From Macrostomum lignano (Eukaryota), in the NCBI GenBank assembly GCA_002269645.1, contig NIVC01001259.1, positions 1 through 64,000 of the forward strand: a stretch of 64,000 nt of DNA, written 5' to 3'. The position numbers and the translations under genes are program-made. A model generated the notes under the pieces. The model did no database searches and had not been told where the DNA came from. It saw only the letters and a program-made list of their open reading frames with translations. Below are positions 21,441-32,812 of the stretch, piece after piece. Numbering within the stretch: position 1 is the first letter of the stretch; every line of letters starts with the position of its first letter.

Positions 21441-22958
21441 CTTTACTTGACTTAGCCGCAGAGACCTGCAGTGCCACCCCTTCTGCGTTTTAACAAACAC
21501 TTTGCCTACAAGCCAGAAGTAAATAAGAAGGCAGTTCAAATTACAGTCTGTGACAGACATGACTACAGCAAACGGAGTCGCGGAGGTACATAATTCTACA
21601 GTCATAAGCGCGTCAGATGACTGTATCTGAGGCTCTGAGGCCCAGAGAGTGCTAAATCATAATTTATTAGTTCAGAATATTAAAGAGGAAGAGATAAAGA
21701 GGAACTCTGTGACATAACTGGTGCATATAGCTGCTATAATTAATAATCGAAAATAACAATAATATTAATAATAATAATAGTAATATCTCGCACTGGTTTA
21801 AACAAAGAACAGTTATAGTTTTTCCAGTTCGTTGTATGTGCATGCTAGTGTTAAAATTATAATAAATTAAAAATAGTTCTTGGATTAAGGCAATTAGAGG
21901 AAAGAGGGAGAACAAAGTGCGCTTTCAAAGAAAAAAGTCTAATCTCGGTACTAACGGAAGAATAAAGTTGCTTTATTGTCATCAAACGGGACCCATGTAC
22001 GGGGACGAAGAATACAATGCGAAAAAATTAAAAGAGAAAAGACAGAAAAGAAGAAAAAAACGCAAATAAAAAATGGTTCAGTTGACGCTGAGCAATGGAC
22101 TACACATAGATGAGATATCGTCAGCAATGCTTTCCTTGCAACCAAATGTGCTTTAAAAGGATATTGTAAAGTTTTCGATGCTTTTTGATGACAAAATTTC
22201 AACCTGCCCATAAAAAATATCAGATAAATAGAGATCGACATGCGCTTTTCGTCTACTAACAGTAAACTAGCGCATTAAAAAACTTTTTCGATGCTCGAGA
22301 AACTATTCGTTGGCTCGAAGTGTCGCAGTTGTACAACAGGAAAAATCGGTTCGAATGGGAGAACTGACAGACAACCTGCTTCCAGTGGCCAGTAAAAGCT
22401 TTAGATGAGATTTCACGGTTTAACACTCGCACTGTCGCACAAAACGTTTCCACTCCAGACTCTTGCATTGGTACTCCACGGCTGAGTTTGAGATTGCAAT
22501 CTGAGTTCAGCCAGGAAGTGATCGGTCAAGCAGAAATTAACACCGTTTTTATGACGCTTTTATGACTTATGAGGCGGGATAAAACCTGCTTTTAATACAA
22601 CAAAAAGGAAACGACGAGTTGAAGAAAGTGCAAAAATCCGGATGGTGACAAGGAATGAGCCGTTAGCAAAAAAATTGCTTGACAACCAGCGGATTAATGA
22701 TTGAAGTTCGAGTGACTATCAATAAGAACAATAACTTCAATGATGTGCCAACCACCTGGTTTTCGCTTTTTAGTTAAAAAAAACGCTGGATGACTTTGCG
22801 AGCATTATGGAGAATGAAATATTTCCACCAATATTTGCAACAAAGGAAATCGAGGATTCAGAAAATATTGTTTGAAAATTTGTTTCAAAGAAGTACAAAT
22901 AACCTTTTTTCTGCATCCGGGGTTCGAATTTTTAACAGATACCATTGGAAACCCGATT

Positions 22959-23105
22959 GGAACCTGCTTGGAAACCCACCGGAACCTGTTTGTAAACCCA
23001 CCGGAACCTGTTTGTAAACCCACCGGAACCTGCTTGGAAACCCACCGGAACCTGTTTGGAAACCCACCGGAACCTGTTTGGAAACCCACCGGAACCTGTT
23101 TGGAA
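22959..23105. repeat. 22-bp minisatellite ggaacctgtttgtaaacccacc downstream of synaptotagmin
   Basis: About 6-7 tandem units. Confidence 0.9.
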
Positions 23106-23212
23106 ATCACAGAGACGTCATTTCAGCTGCGCCCACAACAATCCATTGCTGTCCCCAAATTTCCAAGAACTTTTCACAGTTCGTCACGGTCGCGGAGTTC
23201 CAGCCAGGGGGT

Positions 23213-24463
23213 TCAGGACTTCTCCGGCATCTCCTGCAGCGTGTGCCACTGGGCGATGGGCCGCCTGGGATTGGCCAGCATGTCCGACCAATGGCGCAGC
23301 TCGGCCTGCGTGGCCGTGCAGCCCAGCACGACGCGGCCAATCGGCTCGCTGGTGCCGATGCGGTCGTAGTCAACCACCGTGACGATGAGCGTCACCTTCT
23401 GGATCTGCTCGAACGGAACTTCGAAGGTGAACGACTCGTTATAATAAGGGTTCAACGTGCACTTCTTAATAGTGGTCTTCTTCTTCTTCAACCGCTTGCC
23501 GTTCATCATCAGCGACAGTTTGACGTAAGGATCCGACAGGCCGCCGACGTCCATCTTCTTGAGGTTCTTGGCCTCCAGGATCACGATGGTCAGCTTGCCG
23601 GCCGTGGGCACGTAGCGCAGCGAGAAGCAGATGTCGCCGAGCTTGTTGCTCTTGTCGTCCTCGCTCTCCGGCGGATCGACGTCTTTCCACTCTTCGATGA
23701 CGCGGGCGAGGTCCATGCAGCCGAGGGGCAGCTTGATCAGGCCGATCTGGTCGTGCTTGGAGAACCTGTCGAAGTCGTAGATGGCAAACACCAGCGTCTT
23801 CGAGGGCACGTCGGCGTACGGCACCTTGAAGACGAAGGTCTCGTTGAACACCGGGTTGAGCGTCTTGCGGTGCACCTTGGTCTCGAATTTCTTCTTCTTG
23901 TCCGGCAGGATGTACGTCTTCACGTAGGGGTCCGAGGTGCCGCCCATGTCCATGGCCGGCAGGTCCGCGGCTTGGATGACGCCCACGGACAGCTCGCCCT
24001 TCTGGAAGTCGTAGTCCAGCGAGTACTGCAGCTTGCCCAGCTTTTCCGCCTCCTTCTCCTCGGCTCCTTCGTTGTCCTCCATCGCGTCGGCCAGCTCCTC
24101 CATGTCCGGCTGCACTTTCTCTTTGCCGAGCTCGCCGCCAAGCAGCTGCACATTCTTCATGTCCACCGCGCCTTTGCCCTTCTTGCCGTCTTTGCCGCCC
24201 TTCTTCTTGCCTTTGCAGATGCAGCGGCGGCAAATGCAGAACAGAATGAGCAGCACAAGCAGCGCCGCGCCCACCAGGATGGCCACCACGGCCGCCTTCG
24301 ACATGTGCATCTTCTCCGATAGGAAGTCCAGCGCTACATTCGCCTGCTTCAGCGCCTTCTCACTGTTGCTCTTCTCTGTGGAGCCCGGCGTGCCTTCGCC
24401 GCCTCCGCTGGGAGTCGTGCCGTCATCGCCGTCTGCCGGCTTGCCCGCCGTCTCCTTGGTCAT
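23213..24463 (-). CDS. SYT1: Synaptotagmin-1 homolog, intronless CDS, 416 aa
   Basis: N-terminal TM helix with Cys cluster; C2A ([21 protein letters not shown]); C2B ([31 protein letters not shown]); C-terminal [10 protein letters not shown]. Confidence 0.97.
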   Translation of the reverse strand: MTKETAGKPADGDDGTTPSGGGEGTPGSTEKSNSEKALKQANVALDFLSEKMHMSKAAVVAILVGAALLVLLILFCICRRCICKGKKKGGKDGKKGKGAVDMKNVQLLGGELGKEKVQPDMEELADAMEDNEGAEEKEAEKLGKLQYSLDYDFQKGELSVGVIQAADLPAMDMGGTSDPYVKTYILPDKKKKFETKVHRKTLNPVFNETFVFKVPYADVPSKTLVFAIYDFDRFSKHDQIGLIKLPLGCMDLARVIEEWKDVDPPESEDDKSNKLGDICFSLRYVPTAGKLTIVILEAKNLKKMDVGGLSDPYVKLSLMMNGKRLKKKKTTIKKCTLNPYYNESFTFEVPFEQIQKVTLIVTVVDYDRIGTSEPIGRVVLGCTATQAELRHWSDMLANPRRPIAQWHTLQEMPEKS

Positions 24464-25588
24464 CGCCTTATGGTTCGGGTATGCGGAATCGCTCGCTGGC
24501 AGGGGGTTTTTGCTCCGCTGAGATCTGGGATCGGGGCTGAGCTGGGGGGGATGCGGCAGTTAGGCCAATATTTAACGTAAAAGCCCGGCCGAGCTGCGGA
24601 CTCCGGTGGTCACCGCGCGCAGCCCAAGCAAATCGATTGCCGATTCCCCCGCCGCCCTCACCCTCCACCCCGCCAGCGCCATCTGCCCCTCTCCGCTGGC
24701 GCATCCCCTCCCCGCCCCACCCTTCGGTCCCGACCACCAGCAGCAGCGCCAACCTCAATTCCGCTGCTCAGTTGCCCCCGGCAACCCGCGGGATCCAGCA
24801 GGAGCGGATCGATACTGAAGGGGCCTCCGCTCCCCACCACCTCTAGTCTGCCAACCCCGCGAGCCTGTAGGAGGGTCGGAGGGGATGAGGGAAACAAGCT
24901 TGGCTCTTCCCATTCCTGGCCCTCCCCCACCAGCGCCTGCAGCTCTGGGAGCTGAGTTGGAAACGGTTGGCTGGGAGGAAGAGAACTCTCTTTCTAGTTT
25001 TTTCACTAGGGGGGATTTGGGAGGATTTAGGAGAATAGGAAATGCGGCTGGCAGTCCGCTGGGGGGATGAGTGCAGCGGAGGGGAGGGCGGCTCTGCAGG
25101 CCGGCGGGGTCGATGTGTCCGGAGGCCAGAGGCGGACCAAGAAACACAAGGAGCTATTGAGGCCTCTAATTTTAGACTTTTGGCTTAGCCCTGGAGCTGC
25201 TCCATTCTCCCCACTTCTCCCACCAACCCTCCTTCGCTCTGGGCTCTCTCACACACACTAGCAGCTAAGCCTCAGAGGCATCTGCGCTCTCCCTCTCTCC
25301 TCCCCTCTCTCACTCTGCCGTGCTGCCCTATTAAGCAATAGGGCTACGCAGGGCTGCAGTGCGCACACAATTGACAGAGCAGATTGGAACTGGCCAACTG
25401 TGTAGAGGCTATGGAAGTGGGGCTGAGTCTGAGAGATCACGGTGTGTCTCTTCTGCCTGTCATACAGATCAAACAGACGTATTTTAGCAACTAATAATTC
25501 AATGGTTCTGGATGCTAGTGAACAAATTGTGGCAAGTGATGGATCGAAAATATTGCCACTTATAAGCGTCCAGCCAGGAAAGTGGGGG

Positions 25589-27460
25589 TCAGAGAGTGGA
25601 TAGTGGCGGATCAGAGAGTGGATAGTGGCGGATCAGAGAGTGGATAGTGGCGGATCAGAGTGGATAGTGGCGGATCAGAGAGTGGATAGTGGCGGATCAG
25701 AGAGTGGATAGTGGCGGATCAGAGAGTGAATAGTGGCGGATCAGAGAGTGGATAGTGGCGGATCAGGGAGTGGATAGTGGCGGATCAGAGTGGATAGTGG
25801 TGGATCAGGGAGTGGATAGTGGCGGATCAGAGTGGATAGTGGCGGATATGAGAGTGGATAGTGGCGGATCAGAGAGTGGATAGTGGCGGATCAGAGAGTG
25901 GATAGTGGCGGATCAGAGAGTGAATAGTGGCGGATCAGAGAGTGGATAGTGGCGGATCAGGGAGTGGATAGTGGCGGATCAGAGTGGATAGTGGTGGATC
26001 AGGGAGTGGATAGTGGCGGATCAGAGTGGATAGTGGCGGATATGAGAGTGGATAGTGGCGGATCAGAGAGTGGATAGTGGCGGATCAGAGAGTGGATAGT
26101 GGCGGATCAGAGAGTGGATAGTGGCGGATCAGAGAGTGAATAGTGGCGGATCAGAGAGTGGATAGTGGCGGATCAGAGAGTGGATAGTGGCGGATCAGAG
26201 TGGATAGTGGTGGATCAGGGAGTGGATAGTGGCGGATCAGAGTGGATAGTGGCGGATATGAGAGTGGATAGTGGCGGATCAGAGTGGATAGTGGCGATCA
26301 GAGAGTGGATAGTGGCGATCAGAGAGTGGATAGTGGTGGATCAGGGAGTGGATAGTGGCGGATCAGGGAGTGGATAGTGGCGGATCAGAGTGGATAGTGG
26401 CGGATCAGAGTGGATAGTGGCGGATCAGAGAGTGGATAGTGGCGGATCAGAGAGTGGATAGTGGCGGATCAGAGAGTGGATAGTGGCGGATCAGAGAGTG
26501 AATAGTGGCGGATCAGAGAGTGGATAGTGGCGGATCAGGGAGTGGATAGTGGCGGATCAGAGTGGATAGTGGTGGATCAGGGAGTGGATAGTGGCGGATC
26601 AGAGTGGATAGTGGCGGATATGAGAGTGGATAGTGGCGGATCAGAGTGGATAGTGGCGATCAGAGAGTGGATAGTGGCGATCAGAGAGTGGATAGTGGTG
26701 GATTAGGGAGTGGATAGTGGCGGATCAGGGAGTGGATAGTGGCGGATCAGAGTGGATAGTGGCGGATCAGAGTGGATAGTGGCGGATCAGAGAGTGGATA
26801 GTGGCGGATCAGAGAGTGGATAGTGGTGGATCAGAGTGGATAGTGGCGGATCAGAGTGGATAGTGGCGGATCAGAGTGGATAGTGGCGATCAGAGAGTGG
26901 ATAGTGGCGATCAGAGAGTGGATAGTGGCGATCAGAGAGTGGATAGTGGCGGATCAGAGTGGATAGTGGTGGATCAGGGAGTGGATAGTGGCGGATCAGA
27001 GAGTGGATAGTGGCGGATCAGAGAGTGGATAGTGGCGGATCAGAGAGTGGATAGTGGCGGATCAGAGAGTGGATAGTGGCGGATCAGAGTGGATAGTGGC
27101 GGATCAGAGAGTGGATAGTGGCGGATCAGAGAGTGGATAGTGGCGGATCAGAGAGTGGATAGTGGCGGATCAGAGAGTGGATAGTGGCGGATCAGAGAGT
27201 GGATAGTGGCGGATCAGAGAGTGGATAGTGGCGGATCAGAGTGGATAGTGGCGGATCAGAGAGTGGATAGTGGCGGATCAGAGTGGATAGTGGCGATCAG
27301 AGAGTGGATAGTGGCGGATCAGAGAGTGGATAGTGGCGGATCAGAGTGGATAGTGGCGATCAGAGAGTGGATAGTGGCGGATCAGAGAGTGAATAGTGGC
27401 GGATCAGAGTGGATAGTGGCGGATCAGAGAGTGGATAGTGGCGGATCAGAGAGTGGATAG
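25589..27460. repeat. 20/22-bp minisatellite gagagtggatagtggcggatca
   Basis: About 1.9 kb of tandem repeats with unit variants. Confidence 0.97.
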
Positions 27461-28276
27461 CAGCAGCAGACCAAGGAGGTGACAGTCAGCCATAAGATCC
27501 AACAAGCCAATGCCCAATCCCATTATCCAGTAAGCAAGCAAAGTACACGCCAGACTTTCATCTCGGTGCAACTCAAGCTCTCCATCAGACAGAAGTGGCA
27601 AACCAAATCAGCCTGGGAAGAAACTGGTCCCCCCGCCAGGGCCTGCAAATCCAAGATAAGCAGGTCCCGCAGCAGCAGCAGCCATGAATATCGCCATCAA
27701 TTTGCTGCTTGTATCGGCTCCCTGAAATTCTCTTCCCAAAAACTGGCAATTTTATATACTGACGAATTTCCGCAGTTCCGAAAAAAATGGGAAACATGTT
27801 TGATGCAGGGACCGCGTGCTGCAGAAGAGAGAAACCAGCATGATTGCTTTGACGACAGGGAGTTCACGGACAGACAGACAGTCAGCTGGTATGGAACTGG
27901 TATTAGCCAAGCAGCAAACTCTGCACTTGGCTGGATTTCCCCTGGGAGACTGTCGTAGGGGATGGGATTGAGTTAGCGGTGCCTACTGCCGGCCAGGAGG
28001 GTCTCCCAGGAGACGAGATGGATGGCGACAGGTTTGGCCATGGATGCACGGACCCTAACGAGATGACGGTGCAAGCTGTTTAGTGCAACCGAGTCTGCCG
28101 AGCCATCAATCATGGCATAAATCAATTACGAGAGATGAATAGAACGTTTCGATTCTATTATAATACTTCAATTTGCAAGCAATTTCGGTTTATTTCCACA
28201 TTTATTCACAACATTGAGTTATCGATATTTTTCCGGGATTCGAATGTTTACAATAATTAGCACGTATATTAAACAG

Positions 28277-28535
28277 AAAGCAGGTGATAGCAGCACAATT
28301 AAGGGCCACAAGCAGGTGATAGCGGCACAATTAAGGACCAGAAGCAGGTGATAGCGGCACAATTCAGGACCAGAAGCAGGTGATAGCGGCACAATTAAGG
28401 GCCACAAGCAGGTGGTAGCGGCACAATTAAGGGCCACAAGCAGGTGATAGCGGCACAATTAAGGACCAGAAGCAGGTGATAGCGGCACAATTAAGGGCCA
28501 CAAGCAGGTGATAGCGGCACAATTCAGGACCAGAA
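28277..28535. repeat. 32-bp minisatellite aagcaggtgatagcggcacaattaagggccac
   Basis: About 8 units, two alternating variants. Confidence 0.92.
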
Positions 28536-28588
28536 GTACTCGATAATCATCAGCAGCCCGGGCAGTGCAGCTCGCAAGCCCAATCAAA

Positions 28589-28804
28589 TCAGCAGCCGCA
28601 TTCCCTCAGCAGCAGGCCCGACCGTGTCAAGCCGGACGGCCGGTGGCCGCGAGCCCGGACAGCGTGGCAGACCAGACAGGCCAGGCAGATCATGGCCGGG
28701 TACAGCAGCGGCAGGCTGGCCAGCCCGGAGCCAGGCGGGGTGTCGGCCAGCCACACAGCCGCAAAGCAGAACAGGAAGATGAGCAGCTTATCGGAGTTGC
28801 GCAT
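28589..28804 (-). CDS. Possible small hydrophobic protein or exon (MRNSDKLLIFLFCFAAVWLA...RECGC)
   Basis: GC-rich island with coding-like codons and two hydrophobic stretches; no recognised family. Confidence 0.25.
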   Translation of the reverse strand: MRNSDKLLIFLFCFAAVWLADTPPGSGLASLPLLYPAMICLACLVCHAVRARGHRPSGLTRSGLLLRECGC

Positions 28805-29132
28805 TAAGCTAGCCGGCAAGCGCCTATATTAAAAAACAGTATAGCTGTTGACTCAAGGCCGGAGAGGAGCTGAAAATCTGCATTTTCTGCCGCCGGGAAC
28901 GCTGCCGTTAAATTAATAATGCAACACACAAGCTGGGTTTAGAGGGTCTCCGTGCCCCAGCAACTATTAGTGCTAGTGCAACATGGGTCTCCTGCTCTCG
29001 CAGTGAATTGGCTGCTTTCTCTGCGCTGTCAGCAGAGAAATCCAATGCCTCGGGGGGAGACCGGCTGCGAGCGAGAAATTTCTGCCAGGTAAAGAAACCC
29101 GACGACTCAGGTGGCAGACACACCCGAAGGCT

Positions 29133-29615
29133 TAAATACTCTCACAGAATGGCAACTGCCCCACCTGAAGGCTTAAATACCCTCACAGAATGGCAGCTGC
29201 CTCACCTGAAGGCTTAAATACCCTCACAGAATGGCAACTGCCTCACCTGAAGGCTTAAATACCCTCACAGAATGGCAACTGCCTCACCTGAAGGCTTAAA
29301 TACCCTCACAGAATGGCAACTGCCTCACCTGAAGGCTTAAATACCCTCACAGAATGGCAACTGCCTCACCTGAAGGCTTAAATACCCTCACAGAATGGCA
29401 ACTGCCTCACCTGAAGGCTTAAATACCCTCACAGAATGGCAGCTGCCTCACCTGAAGGCTTAAATACCCTCACAGAATGGCAACTGTCTCACATGAAGGC
29501 TTAAATACCCTCACAGAATGGCAGCTGCCTCACCTGAAGGCTTAAATACCCTCACAGAATGGCAACTGTCTCACCTGAAGGCTTAAATACCCCCACAGAA
29601 TGGCAGCTACCACAT
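29133..29615. repeat. 41-bp minisatellite cctgaaggcttaaataccctcacagaatggcaactgcctca
   Basis: Period 41. Confidence 0.95.
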
Positions 29616-30044
29616 CTGGACAAGAATATAAAAAAAGAAACTTCGACAAAAATTAATGTTAAATTTGTTGCAAGAGAAAATCTTTACCCGAAAAATATTT
29701 CTGGTCGATTCGTTCGTTCAAGCTTAAACATTTTTTATTTTCAATTTATGTTGTTAAATAATAAGCTGAACACCGGATTGCTACTTAAAGTAGCTAATTA
29801 GAATTTGCAAACTGCCGACAGTCAAATGCATATATACGAACTGCAATATAGCAAGTGGACAGGTAAGCAGGCATATTTAATCTTATAATTGCAGAAAAAA
29901 GTTTAATAAAGTTCATTTAACCAAGCAAGTTTGATTAAAGTAGGCAAATAAACGCTAGATTTAAGCTACCAATTCGGATAATTATTGCGTTTAGTAGACT
30001 ACTGACAATTTCTTGCCTACTGAAGAGATTCGAGTTTTGCTCCT

Positions 30045-30570
30045 AGAAGACACTCAACAGTTATGCTCCTAGAAGAAGACATTCAACAGTTGTGCTCCTA
30101 GAAGAAGACATTCAACAGTTGTGCTCCTAGAAGAAGACACTCAACAGTATTGCTCCTAGAAGAAGACATTCAACAGTTGTGCTCTTAGAAGAAGACACTC
30201 AACAGTTATGCTCCTAGAAGAAGACACTCAACAGTATTGCTCCTAGAAGAAGACATTCAACAGTTGTGCTCCTAGAAGAAGACATTCACCAGTTGCGCTC
30301 CTAGAAGAAGACATTCACCAGTTGTGCTTTTAGAAGAAGACACTCAACAGTTGTGCTCCTAGAAGAAGACACTCAACAGTATTGCTCCTAGAAGAAGACA
30401 TTCAACAGTTGTGCTCCTAGAAGAAGACATTCAACAGTTTTGCTCCTAGAAGAAGACACTCAACAGTATTGCTCCTAGAAGACATTCAACAGTTGTGCTC
30501 CTAGAAGAAGACATTCACCAGTTGCGCTCCTAGAAGAAGACATTCAACAGTTGTTCTCCTAGAGGAGATT
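30045..30570. repeat. 29-bp minisatellite ctcctagaagaagacattcaacagttgtg
   Basis: Period 29. Confidence 0.95.
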
Positions 30571-30638
30571 CGACAGTCCTGCTACTAAAAGAACCTGGCA
30601 GAAAGCGCAGTGAAACACACGAGAGCCACAGCAACCAA

Positions 30639-32613
30639 TCACCGAGTCAGCTTGGCAGCCGCCCGATCCTGAGCCAGCTGGAAGGCACGCAGCCGGTGCA
30701 GCCAGGCTGACCAGGCCGGCAGCAGCTGGTCGACGCCCAGCCGAAGGCAGGCGGCCGGCGAGCCGTCCGGATAGGCATAGACCAGAATAGCCGAATCAAC
30801 TGGCGGCAAGCTATCCTCGTTGCCATGACAACATGCCATGGCATTTGATTAAGCGCGCCCAGATACGAGGCCAACTGCAGCGGCGCATCGTAGGCATCTT
30901 TCAGGCCGGCAATTTTGCGTTCGTGAGCCGTTTTCCATTCGATCAGCAGCTCCGGCCGCTGCCTTCCGCTGTTGACGTCGCCTTCGTCTGGGCGCAGTCG
31001 AGCCAGGCAATCAAGTCGGCCTTTGTAGCCCAGCTGCTGGTGGACCACCAGCGCCTCCTGCGACTGCACGGATTCAACTGTACGCAGAATCTGTTTTTTG
31101 TAGGGTTTGCAGATATATGGGATACAATTGTGCAGAAAGAATTGCGAGCAGATTATGTGTTAAGAGGGGTCTTTGTTTAGTGGAGAAGACTCACATCCCT
31201 GAGTCTTTGTACATTTAGGAGATTCCCATCATATAGTCTTTGTCCAGTGGAGATTCCTGCTATATAGTATTTGTCCAGTGGCGAAGATTCCTCTCATATA
31301 GTCTTTGTCCAGTGGAGATTCCTGTCATATAGTCTTTGTCCAGTTAAGGATATTCGCGTCATTTAGTCTTTATTCCAGTTGACTATATTGACTAGATTAG
31401 GGTTCTTTTTCAAATAAAAGAGAAACGCTAGGCGTCGTAGTCATTTTTCAGCATACATGCGCAACAGTCGGCCGAGTCGGCCGATCCGGCCGACTGATTT
31501 GGCAGCCAACCAAGGAAGTCGCAAAAATGCCCACCCAAAAAATACCCACGCAGTAGTACTAAGTAGCTGACGAGGCATTTTTGCCTGATAAGACAGTCAT
31601 AGTTACTCCCGCCGTTTACCCAAAGTTGCGTTAATTTTGCTTTCCTTTTTTTTACAGGTAAGTCGCATTTTTGGCCAAAAACTACGTCGCATTTTTGTTA
31701 AAACTAAGTCGCACGGCCGACCGAATTTTGGACGTTGCGCATGTATGTTTTTCAGTGACGGTAGGTCTCAATGATAGCGATGCGGTGTGTATCAAAGTGA
31801 TAATTATGACTCTTGATAGTCTATTGAAGGTGCTAAAGAATATTTGATTTGGTGGATGTCTCATGAGGTCCTTAGTTGATGGGTGTCACCGAGTCCTCGT
31901 ATTTCACAGCAGCGATTAAAGGCTCTAGTTAAACGAAAAAATAATCAGCCCCATACATGCGCAACCTCCAAATTTCGGTTGGCCGTGCGACTTAGTTTTA
32001 ACAAAAATGCGACGCAGTTTTTGGCCAAAAATGCGACTTACATGTAAAAAAACCCGAAAGCAAAATTAACGCAACTTTGGGTAAACGGCAGGAGTAACTA
32101 TGACTGTATTATAAAGCCTCGTCAGCTACTTAGTACTACTACTCTGTTTTTTCGGGTCGGCATTTTTGCGACTTCCTTGGTTGGCCGCCAAATCGGCCGA
32201 CTGTTGCGCATGTATGATCAGCCCCCAGCCAGACTCACTGGCAGCACAGATTGAAAGAAGCCGGCCACTTCAGCCTCTGGCTGGGCGTCGCCAGACTCCA
32301 GATAGCTCCAGATGCTGCGGTGCAGCTGCGTGCCAGCCGACAGCAACCCGGCCCTGTAACGGGCGAATCCTTCGGGCCCGAGAGCCTCCTGCTTCTTGCG
32401 CAACCACCGAGCGAGAGCGATGGCGCTTTCTGGCGGCCGGGTCCTGTCCAGCACGGTGGTGACGCTGGGCAGACTGGCCGACTGTCCGTCAGTGTCCGAC
32501 TGCGGGGGCACCGCTGCGCCTAGAAATGGATAGTCCTCGGTGCCAGTTGAGCACAGCAACCGTCGGCTGCTACTCAAGCGAACGGCGCGGATTAACCGAG
32601 AGAGAATCTGCAA
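30639..32613 (-). CDS. MGME1: Mitochondrial genome maintenance exonuclease 1 (PD-(D/E)XK); complement(join(30639..31090,32239..32613)); about 275 aa if one missing base near 30840 is restored
   Basis: Basic, Ser-rich mitochondrial-type leader; LPSVTTVL, ARW...LGPEGF, GTQLH, GRLDCLA, LIEWKT, DAPLQLASYLGALN, VYAYPDGSPA. GT-AG intron, phase 0. Exon 2 is 452 nt, one short of a full frame. Confidence 0.88.
31452..31747. mobile_element. MITE copy A in the MGME1 intron (TIR CATACATGCGCAAC)
   Basis: 14-bp perfect TIRs; 8-bp TSD tttttcag at 31444-31451 and 31748-31755. Confidence 0.9.
31952..32216. mobile_element. MITE copy B, same family, opposite orientation
   Basis: Same TIRs; its own 8-bp TSD atcagccc at 31944-31951 and 32217-32224; interior is the reverse complement of copy A. 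Confidence 0.9.
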
Positions 32614-32812
32614 TTAGAAAGAAATCTAGAAGAGGTCAAAGCAGTCAAAGACTTCCAGGAAAGAATACAACTTGCATCACTTGCAATGCCAACTTATATA
32701 AACAAAAAAGCAATTCATTTTTTATACAACTGAAACCCTCCTGCTCCACCTTACAAAAAATTGCTCCATGGCACCTAAGCAAATTTGCATATAAGCTAAT
32801 TTTAGTACAAAA

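Noticed and set aside
23078-24322. 414-aa plus-strand ORF
   Set aside because: Antisense shadow of the GC3-rich synaptotagmin CDS.
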